Shown here piece by piece: positions 13,421-22,914 of a stretch of DNA of 64,000 nucleotides. The stretch is from Eledone cirrhosa. Its lineage: Eukaryota. Below the pieces are notes generated by a model. The model saw only the letters and a program-made list of their open reading frames with translations. It did not search any database and was not told the DNA's origin. Both the position numbers and the translations under genes were made by a program. Where the stretch lies: assembly GCA_964016885.1 (NCBI GenBank), contig OZ024742.1, forward strand, positions 323,268,001 through 323,332,000, given 5' to 3'. The first letter of the stretch is position 1; the number at the start of each line of letters is the position of its first letter.

Positions 13421-14138
13421 TGTTACCACATGTAGATGTTCAGTTGGTCACAACTCCTAGACTGGAGTGTGTAGAGAAGAACAGAAATATTCTCTTGGAG
13501 GTGTTCAAGTATTTCTTTAGGCTGCCGGGATTCTTCTTGCTGGCGAAGGAAGTGAGACAGGAGTCATCTCTTGACAAGGTCTCAGGTGTTCTTGTTGTCC
13601 CTTCAAAGTTCAGGATGCGAGAGAGGCTTATGCCTTGATAGTCCTCAAATATATAGTCCCCAGGGGGACGCAACTTCATTTAGTACATGAATCTGCCAAT
13701 GGGGGTCGCGCCTGTCGCAAAGGGACGTAACTTCTATACGTGCTGAGTTATGACCGTCGTAAAGGGACGCAACTCCCATACGTGCTGAGTCACAACCGTA
13801 AGGAGCCGCGACAGTATCATTCGCTTGAAATCTTAATGAAATAGTTTTAGTCTTGTAGAAGTCAATTCTCTGTGAAGGAAACAAAACACAGTAATACAAT
13901 GATGTATATTAGTTTAATGCTTGATATTGTGGGGGTAAAAGTCTTTATGTTTTGGGCTATAGTCCTCATCAGAAAATAGAATGAGATAGAGAAGGAATAG
14001 GAAGATAGAGTAGAGTAACAAAATGGGACAAAATTTTGACAGGAAGAAAACGTGTAGTTAGTCAGAAAAGATGGAGGGAAGCTGCAATGGAAAAGAGCCC
14101 CATCTAACCCCTGCAACCATGGATAAATGGTCATAACA
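13421..14138 (-). mobile_element. Candidate solo LTR-like element
   Basis: Ends TGTTA...TAACA; flanks ATAAT/ATATT (5-bp TSD with one mismatch). CpG-rich internal tandem repeat of about 43 bp at 13705-13812; TATA-like motif on the minus strand near 13650. Confidence 0.5.
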
Positions 14139-14277
14139 ATATTTTTTTTTTCATTCTCTCTCTTTCTATTATATATATATATATACAGATATGTATGTGT
14201 CTACTAAATTCCCCTGACATACATATAGCTTTGGTCAACCCAAAGCTATATGTATATATATATGTGTATATTTATAT

Positions 14278-16500
14278 CATCATCATCATCCTTTGACGTC
14301 CATTTTTCAAACGCTAGCATGGGTTAGACGGATTGTCCTGCTTGAGGCAAATTGGGTCTGGTGATCATGCCTTGCTCACACAGAACTGTTTGTGACTTGG
14401 TTTCTCAAGCCGACCACATTTACAATGTGTGGTGGGTGCTTTTTGTTGTGACGTCTACATGACCACTTTACAGTGCGGGATGAATGCTTCTTGTGATACC
14501 AACATAACTTTACAGTGCAAGGTTGTAGTGGGAGAGTGGGTGTAGAGGTGTGGGGGTGTATGAAAAGGAGTATAGTGGTTAAGAGGTGTCTACAAGATGT
14601 GTATTTCAGTTTGTGTACATGGGAAGACGTGTCTTTTGTATTACTGCATACTACCAAAGATCTCGATCCTTTGTCATTGTCATTGAGAGGTGCACTTGCA
14701 CAAGGTCAGCATTTATCACCTTGTCCCATGTCTTCCTACTTCATAGTTTCCATCAAATTTGATCACCCTGCACCTTTTTATACGATGCAGCACATGGTCG
14801 TACCAACGCAATTTCATTTCTAGTGTACTGCAATTGATCCCTCGTATGCCTAATTTATCTCGTAGTTTAGTTACGCTTTGCCGTTTGTGTATAATATACA
14901 CTGTATATTACTATTACACATCCATCAGAGCATGCATGCTTCATTTCTTTCCAATCTTCTAAGGTCCTTTGCACACAGTGCCCATGTCTCACTACCATGC
15001 AACATTGCTGTTCATATACATGCATCATACAGTCTTCCCTTCAATTTAAGGAAAAAACCTTTTGTAGTTAACAGTGGTAATAGCTCCCTGAACTTCTTCT
15101 ATTCCATTCTTACTCTGGCTACATATTTTTGGAACACCCTCCTCCAGAGCTGATTACATCACCCAAATAATGGAAATTGTCCAATATTTCTATAAAGCTG
15201 TTTGTGCATTTGAAAGAGCTATTATCCTGCTGTTGGCACTTGCCACTTACCTGAGCATCAGCCACATATAAAAACTATGTTCCTTAATAGCCTGCCTGTG
15301 ATCCCACTACATCTTTTATGTACCCATAGCTTGCATTTGGGACATAGAATGGAAGTTCTACCTACTCCTTTCCTGCATGTTGAGCAAGGCCATTTCCCTG
15401 TGGGAATCTGGGCCCTATTTTCCTTTCTACATACTAGAAATGTAAATGTAGTTGGTGTTAGGAAGGGCATCCAGCCATAGAAAACCTGCCAGATACAGTT
15501 CTATACGAGCAAGACACGGTCACCTGATCAATCTTGCCTCAAGTGGGACTATTCCCGTCTAACCCATGCTAGCATGGAAGATGGACATTAAACGATGATA
15601 ATGATGATACTAGGACTTTAGTCTTAGACAAGTTAACTTTATGACCTTGGAATTTCTTCTCTAAATCTTTCATAGATTCAGCTATGGGAGTTAGATCATG
15701 TGTACAAAAGTTCCCATGGTCAGCCAGTCTTAAACTCTTCTGTTATAGCCTGTAGGGCAATAATAAACAGGAGAAGGCTAAGGACAGAGCCCTGATGCAC
15801 ACCTACCTGTATGCTAAATTCTTCACTATAGTCATTGTTAATTCTAACCTTGCTGACTGTTCCACTATACATGGCTTGTATAGCTTTCACAAGCCACTCA
15901 TCTCCTAGTTTTCTAAGATCCCACCAGATAATGGAATGGGGGACTCTGTCAAAGGCTTTCTCCAAGTCAACAAAAGTTAAGTGGAGGGGTTTACTTTTAG
16001 CTAGGTACTTCTCTTGCAGTTGCCTTACAACGAAGAGAGCATCCGTGGTACTTTTACCTGGCACAAATCCAAACTGCATTTCATCAAGTTTAATTCAATC
16101 CTTAATCAGCTGTGCATTGATTCTTTCGGTGACCTTCATGGCCTGCCTGCTCAATCAACTTAGTGCCTCTATACAGTTTTCTCTGTCTAGAGCATCTCCT
16201 TTGCCCTTGTAGCAGTTGACAATGATGCTACTATGCCAGTAATTGGGTATGACACCATTTTGTATTACTTGGTTTAGTATACAGGTGACTATGATGTGTC
16301 CCACAATTCCAGATGCTTTCAGCATCTCAGCAATTATCCCTGAAGGACCAGCTGCCTTGCCTGTCTTCATATCTTTGATTGCCTTACTTACTATACTATT
16401 ACTAACTTGCACAGCTGGTCCCTCTGTTGGGTCAACTTGTGGCAGACTGTCTTTATCCCATTCACCTCATTTAGTAGTCTTTCATAGTGACACTTCCATG
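14278..16500 (-). mobile_element. RTE-clade LINE, 5'-truncated and degenerate, with 3' UTR and (ATG)n tail
   Basis: MKTGKAAGPSGIIAEMLK, QFGFVPGKSTTD, FVDLEKAFDRVP, GVHQGSVLS and LRWYDHVLH fragments on the minus strand. Tail of catcat repeats at 14278. Confidence 0.88.
15438..15606 (+). mobile_element. RTE/SINE 3'-end fragment inserted antisense into the RTE
   Basis: ggtgttaggaagggcatccagc...gacattaaacgatgataatgatg, flanked by direct repeat ATACTAG (15431-15437 and 15607-15613). Confidence 0.75.
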
Positions 16501-16519
16501 CTACCTTCTTTTCAGCATC

Positions 16520-16820
16520 AGTAAGAGCAAGTACTCCGATGTCATCGCAGACACAAATAAAAGAAACACCACAAATTTGGCAAATAGAATATGGTAACTC
16601 AAAGACAAGAACATAAATTTCTTCATCAAATGGAAGAAACTAAAAAAATTTGAATCATATATGAATGCGCTCAAAGCCTGCAGATTATGCAATGGCAAGA
16701 AATGGTGGATATTCAATAATCTCCACAACAATAACAAACCACATACAGATTTTTCTCGCGATGTTCTCATGTTTCTAAGTACAATTTAAAGAACTGGCCT
16801 TCTTAATATTGATTTACATC
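16520..16820 (+). mobile_element. Penelope-like element relic (C-terminus of GIY-YIG endonuclease), interrupted by the Gypsy element
   Basis: Translates TTNLANRIW*LKDKNINFFIKWKKLKKFESYMNALKACRLCNGKKWWI...RCSHVSKYNL. This resembles the PLE endonuclease end (T.LS.YIW.LK...IKW.I......Y....K.C.LC..EK..I...CRH..K). Probably continues at 22033-22370. Confidence 0.7.
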
Positions 16821-17186
16821 TGTAGCGCTCTCGAGACAGGGAAGTAGTTAGAGTTACTTCCCATCGAAAGTCTAGAACCCTCTTTTGCAACTTCCGGAAA
16901 GAGGTTATAAATAGCGGCAACACAGCCAGCCCTTTCTCTCTTTGGCGCTTTTCCTTCGAACCGACAACACTGAAGATGAACATGTTAATCACGGGCTTGG
17001 ACTATACCTAGATATGTACGAGGATATTTGTGTACAACAATTATAATGGAGTTACAATAAAATGAAGACTTGTATTCGATATGGCGTTTTGTAAATATAT
17101 CTTATCCTTTTCTGTATAAAATTTAGTAGTTAGATTCCAGTGATATTTACTCAAGTAAATAATCCTGGGTCTGGGAGTACACTAAA
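16821..17186 (+). repeat. 5' LTR
   Basis: tgtagcgctc...gagtacactaaa. Contains TATAAATA and AATAAA. Direct repeat of 21664-22028; I count 11 substitutions and 1 indel. Confidence 0.95.
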
Positions 17187-17187
17187 A

Positions 17188-17201
17188 TGGTGACCCGACG
17201 T
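17188..17201 (+). promoter_or_regulatory. Primer-binding site (tRNA-Trp type)
   Basis: TGGTGACCCGACGT, 1 nt after the 5' LTR. The canonical tRNA-Trp PBS is TGGTGACCCCGACGT, so one C is missing. Confidence 0.85.
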
Positions 17202-17517
17202 ACAGAAACACAAACGAGAAAAAAAAAAAATGATAATTCCCGGATACGCATAAACAAAAAAAAAAATTTTTTGCACCTCGTGTTTTCGTTTTCAACACAG
17301 CTTTCGTTTTGTATCCGCCATTTTGCTTCCTCCGTGTTACATCACTTCAACCATTCATGTTACCACCACGTGCGTGTATATATATTTTTTGAAAATACAA
17401 CTAATTTTCTTTCAAATGTGTTGTCATTGCCTGATTCACGGAAGTTAAACCACATGTGCGGCAAGTAAAAAAAAAAAAAAAAAAGAGAGAACATTTCACC
17501 CAGCGGCTACTACATTC

Positions 17518-18273
17518 ATGATGAGTAATTCTTCGCTACCGACGTATTCAGGTGATGCAGAGTTGTGGTTTGCACAACTGGATTCGTATTTTGTTGCACA
17601 TGGCGTCCAAGCGGTACAACAGAGGTTACACATGCTCATAAGCGGAATCCCTGCCTCGCTCGCCGTGTCAGTAAAGGATATCATCACCGATCCCCCACAA
17701 GGCGTCACTTACGAGACCCTTAAGGCAGAAGTGCTCAGACGGAACAGCCGTTCGTCTGAGAGCAAATTTCGTTCCTTGTTGGAGGAGGAAAACCTGGGAG
17801 ATAGAACTCCGTCCCAGTTTTTACGGCGCATCCGAGAACTGAGCGACTCAACAGCAGAGGATAACTCTTTCGTAAAACAATTCTTCTTTTCCCGTTTGCC
17901 AACAAATGTGCAAACCATACTGGCAAATATAGTCGACCCCAGTTCTCTGGACCAAATTGCAGCCTCAGCGGACCGCATAATGGAATTTTCTCGAGTACCT
18001 ACTTCGGCAGATCCACACATTGCTTCTGTTACTGTTAAAGCACAGCCTGTCCCACCTCGTGAGGACTCTATATTGAGAGCCATTGACGTGCTAACTCGTC
18101 AAGTGACTAAACTGTGTCGAGAACGAACACATTCCAGATGGCGCCCACGAAGTCGTTCTCCTTCTTTTCATCGTCGCGCCAACGACTCGTCTTTATGTTG
18201 GTATCACGTGCGTTTTCGTGAAAAGGCGAATCATTGCATTCAACCCTGCTCTTTCGGGACTTCGGAAAACTAA
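17518..18273 (+). CDS. gag: Retrotransposon Gag
   Basis: 251-aa ORF. N-terminal ELWFAQLDSYF and LGDRTPSQFLRRIREL; C-terminal CWYH-x9-C-x3-C (CHCC) motif typical of CsRn1-clade Gag. Confidence 0.9.
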   Translation: MMSNSSLPTYSGDAELWFAQLDSYFVAHGVQAVQQRLHMLISGIPASLAVSVKDIITDPPQGVTYETLKAEVLRRNSRSSESKFRSLLEEENLGDRTPSQFLRRIRELSDSTAEDNSFVKQFFFSRLPTNVQTILANIVDPSSLDQIAASADRIMEFSRVPTSADPHIASVTVKAQPVPPREDSILRAIDVLTRQVTKLCRERTHSRWRPRSRSPSFHRRANDSSLCWYHVRFREKANHCIQPCSFGTSEN

Positions 18274-21200
18274 ACCTGGAGAATCTGGGCACAGCAGATC
18301 TCTCCACCATTAATTCTCCTTATCGTGCCTTTTTTTTTTTAATAAAAGATCGAATTTCAAACAAATCGTTTATGGTCGATACAGGATCTAGCTGCAGTAT
18401 TTGGCCCCTTCATTTCAGCTGTACCAAGCCAAATTTTCCCGGTATTTCCTTGTATGCAGTAAACCAGTCTCTTATAAAAACTTATGGACAAATATCTCTA
18501 TCATTGGACCTAGCTTTGCGTCGGGATTTCAAATGGATTTTCGTTGTAGCGGACCTACCCCACCCTATTCTCGGTGCGGATTTTTTACACCACTACTCAC
18601 TGTTAGTAGATGTCAGGAAACAGAAACTTGTGGATGACACCACATCTTTATCTACGCCTGCTCGTGGTTCTACTGTTGCCACCATAAGTCCCGCGTGTTT
18701 CATAGCTGCCTCTGGAAACCAGTTTCATTCTCTTCTTGCCTCGTTTCCCGAGTTAACTGATTTTTCATTTAGACCGAACCAAGTAATCCTCTCGACTCGA
18801 CATTTTGGTCTTATACGACTGTCCACCAGCCCATGGGCATCCCCGCTTCATTTGGCTCGTAAGGGTGATGCGGATTTTAGACCTGTGGGTGATTATAGAC
18901 GACTTAACACTATCACAACACCTGATCGTTATCCTCTACCAAATTTACAGGATTTTTCATCCGCTCTGCATGGATGCAAGATATTTTCTAAAATAGATCT
19001 GGTACGCACTTACCATCAAATACCCATGCATCCGTAAGACATACCAAAAAAAGCTGCGACCACCCCTTTTGGTTCGTTTGAATTCCTGTCCATGCCTTTT
19101 GGTTTGCGGAATGCTTCTAGTACGTTCCAGCGTTTTATCGATGAAGTCACGCGTGGATTGGATTTCGTGTTTGCTTACGTTGATGATCTCCTCATAGCCA
19201 GTGATTCGAATGAACACCATCATCAACATCTATCTCAGTTATTTCAACGTCTCCAATCGTACCAAGTCAGAATCAACCCAGCTAAATGTGTGTTTGGTGC
19301 AGATTCACTGGAATTCCTCGGACACCTCATAGATTCAGAAGGCATTCGTCCTTTGCCAGCTAAAGTAGAGGCGATTCAGCAATTAGCACCACCAACACCC
19401 TTGAAACAATTACGCCACTTCTTAGGATTAATTAACTTTTATCGTCGCTTTATTCCTAACTGTGCAGACAAGATATTCCCCTTCACACAGTTTTTAAGAG
19501 CTGCAAAAAAGAAAGATGAAAAAATTTCACTTTCTGCCGATACATTGCAGTCTTTTAAATCCGTCAAGTCTGAGCTAGCTAAAGTTTCCCTCCTTGCTCA
19601 TCCTGTTGCAAATGCGAGACTTTCCTTATCTGTTGATGCATCTGATCGTGCTGTTGGCGCAGTTTTGCATCATGTAATCGATCACCAAGTTCAACCATTG
19701 GCATTTTTCTCTCGCCAATTAAAACCAGCAGAACAGAGATACAGCACCTTTGACAGAGAACTTTTGGCGATTTATCTTGCCGTGAAGCACTTCCACCACC
19801 TTTTGGAGGGGCGAGAGTTCACGATATTCACGGACCACAAACTGTTAACGTTCGCTTTAGAATCCAAATCCGACAAGTACTCTCCGAGAGCGTATAGGCA
19901 TCTGGATCTTATCTCACAGTATACCAGTGACATCCGTCGCATAGCCGGAACTTCCAATATACCCGCAGACGCAATATCTCGACTTTCTGTGTGTTCTCTT
20001 GCGTCTTCTGCACATATCGATTTAGTTGCCATTGCAACTGAACAACCTACTTTGGATTCGCTGAACATTTCCTCTGATCAGTTCTCCTGCTGCAAATTGG
20101 AATATTTACCTCTTCCATCTTCTGAAGGGAAAATTCTCTGCGATGTTTCTACTGGCTCACCCAGACCACTTGTTTCAGATTGTCATCAGCGTACCGTTTT
20201 TGATGCACTTCATTCCTTGTCACATCCTGGCATAGCTGCCACGATGAAGCTTATTACGGCTCGATTCTTCTGGCCTAATATGCGTCGTTTAATCACCGGT
20301 TGGGCACGTTCTTGCTTGAAGTGTCAGCGCTCTAAGATTCATCGGCATATCCGCGCTCCTCTTGGGAAATTCAGCCCGCCAGACGCACGCTTCTGTCATA
20401 TACACATGGATATTGTTGGTCCATGGCCCGTTAGTCGTGGATTCACATACATATTGACTTGTATCGATCGTTTCTCTCGGTGGCCTGAAGCCATACCCCT
20501 CATGGACATACCAGCAGAGTCCGTTGCCCGAGCATTCATTTCCAATTGGATTGCTCGTTTCGGTGTTCCTACTAAAATAACTACGGATCGTGGACGCCAA
20601 TTTGAGGCTTCCTTATTTCGTGAAATACCACGACTCTTGGGTGCTCATCACATCCATACGACCAGCTATCACCCAGCCTCCAATGGAATGATAGAGAGGT
20701 TTCACAGACAGTTGAAAGCTGCACTTCGCGCTACTCCTGATCCACAAGGTTGGACTGAATTTTTGCCTATCGCGCTTCTTGGTTGTCGTGCTGCCATTAA
20801 GACAGATTTAGGTTTTTCTTCTGCTGAACTTCTTTATGGTACCACATTGTTTCTTCCTGGACAAATGTTAGCACCAGTGGATTCATCACATCTTGACCCA
20901 GCATCATATGTCACCAGGATTCGTTCGTATTTCTCGTATCTTCCACCGATGAACCCTCGTGACCAATCTATTTCTTCTGCTGTCCCATCGGACATCTCTA
21001 CGCGGACACACATTTTTATACGGAATGATTCCGTCAAGGGACCTCTTACGTCACCTTATAATGGACCTTTCCGTGTGCTTTCGCACACACCCAAACATTT
21101 CACAGTGGCTGTCAATGGTCGAAAAGAGACAATATCCATTGACAGAGCAAAAAAGGCTTTCTCCGAAAGTCTCATCACACTGCCTGATACACCTCGTACA

Positions 21201-21290
21201 TACACTCCTACACCAACACTTTCACCTCCACCGCAAACATCACATACCACACAACCTTATGTTACACGAAGTGGCAGGACGGTAAAATAG
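18270..21290 (+). pseudogene. pol: Retrotransposon Pol (protease, RT, RNase H, integrase), disrupted
   Basis: Lies in the -1 frame relative to gag. Protease FMVDTGS; [26 protein letters not shown]; RNase H VDASD..RELLA..TDHK; integrase H-H-C-C and D..D..E. In-frame TAA at 19035-19037 (HP*DIPK) and an apparent in-frame deletion near 18803 (STRH|FGLIR). Confidence 0.92.
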
Positions 21291-21650
21291 CCACGAAAAC
21301 TCTCAAAGAGGAGGTATATTAATGCCAGTGGCATTAACATACCTCCTCTTTTTTTTTCAGTTTTCAGATAGAACTAGTGTCAGAAAAGTCTGTACACTAG
21401 TGATGTATGAACTATTTGACTTTGAAAAACATTGATTTTACCATCGTGCATCAATATTCTCTGCTCCTTTGTATGACTATGATTTATCATTCGTTACATT
21501 CAAACATTCTTTGTAAAAATGCATTACTTGTTTTATGCTCATTTTGCTATTTGCTTGATCATGTTTCATTCATTCATGTTCTTGTACCTTTTGCTTTGCT
21601 CCTCGTGTTCTTGCTACAATGATTTCATTTAGTCATTCGACTTCTCGTCT

Positions 21651-21660
21651 GAGAGGGGAG
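21651..21660 (+). promoter_or_regulatory. Polypurine tract
   Basis: GAGAGGGGAG, 3 nt before the 3' LTR. Confidence 0.85.
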
Positions 21661-21663
21661 TCT

Positions 21664-22028
21664 TGTAGCGCTCTCTATACAGGGAAGTAGTTAGAGTTAC
21701 TTCCCATCGAAAGTCTAGAACCCTCTTTTGCAACTTCCGGAAGAGGTTATAAATAGCGGCAACACAGCCAGCTCTTTCTCTCTTTGGCGCTTTTCCTTCG
21801 AACCGACAACACTGAAGATGAACATGCTAATCACGGGTTTGGACTATACCTAGATATGTACGAGGATATTTGTGTACAACAATTATAACGGAGTTACAAT
21901 AAAATGAAGACTTGTATTCAATATGGTGTTTTGTAAATATATCTTATCCTTTTCTGTATAAAATTTAGTAGTTAGAATCCGGTGTTATTTACTCAAGTAA
22001 ATAATCCTGGGTCTGGGAGTACACTAAA
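21664..22028 (+). repeat. 3' LTR
   Basis: Direct repeat of 16821-17186, preceded by a PPT. Confidence 0.95.
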
Positions 22029-22914
22029 CATCTTTCTTAATCTATCGATGCTCTTTTAGCCCCCTCATAATTATTAGCTAACTTAGCGTTTTCTCGCGTC
22101 TTTCCGGTCAAATTCTCACCCCTAGATTATTTAGATTATCTACCCTTCATCTGGAGCTCTTCTCTCTTTGTTCTATATTTTCCTTTTTGAGTAAACATTT
22201 CCCGGTTCATGCTCATCGGCACAGGTTGAGCAAATTGATCCTCGGATTTAACTAAACGTACGTACCTGGCATGGCGCCGTTGTAGTAACTGGCGTTAATT
22301 ATTATATTCAAACTCGCCCTACTGACTTGATTTGTTCTATACTTTGGATATTTTTACCTACTTGTTACTATTATAACTATATATATATATAGACAGGGAG
22401 AGAGAGTGGGAATCATTATCCATTTTCTATGTTGGCGTGGATTGGATAGATTGTCATAGTCCAATTCAATTCCTATTTTGAGTTACAGTCCTTCTTGTTG
22501 GGTTGGAGAACCATGTCTTGCTCATATATTCTATTTTGGTATGGTTTCTATCATGGATGCTCTTCCTAACACCAACACCTTTATGGCGTGCAATGAGTGC
22601 GTGTTTTAATACCAGCAGTAGAGTAGTTGCCATGCTCATGGCGAGAGTAAAGACTCCACTCTACTCTATGTTGTCTCCTTTACTGTCTTGTGCATATGCT
22701 GTGAATCATGTATGTAATTCCTAATCGTCATCATCATCATCATTTTACATTGGCGTTCTATGTAGATATGGCCTGGATGAGTCACCATAGTCCAAAACAA
22801 GTCTCTTGTCGGTTTTATTTATTGTCTTCTTTGTAGAATGTGAAACAGAGTTACGTCCCTTGACTGTAGACAAATTATCTCCCTTGTGAAATTCTGTATA
22901 TTTTCAAAAGTATT

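Larger units (their letters stand above)
16821..22028 (+). mobile_element. Full-length Ty3/Gypsy LTR retrotransposon, CsRn1/Kabuki-like clade, defective pol
   Basis: Two 366/365-bp LTRs, 4-bp TSD CATC (16817-16820 and 22029-22032), Trp-type PBS, PPT, gag with CHCC motif and pol in PR-RT-RH-IN order. Confidence 0.96.

Noticed and set aside
19035-19037. Programmed stop-codon readthrough in pol
   Set aside because: The TAA lies inside RT at a position normally Glu (HPEDIPK); a nonsense mutation is simpler.
21407-21622. env-like third ORF in the Gypsy element
   Set aside because: Only 71 codons of T-rich UTR sequence with no envelope features.
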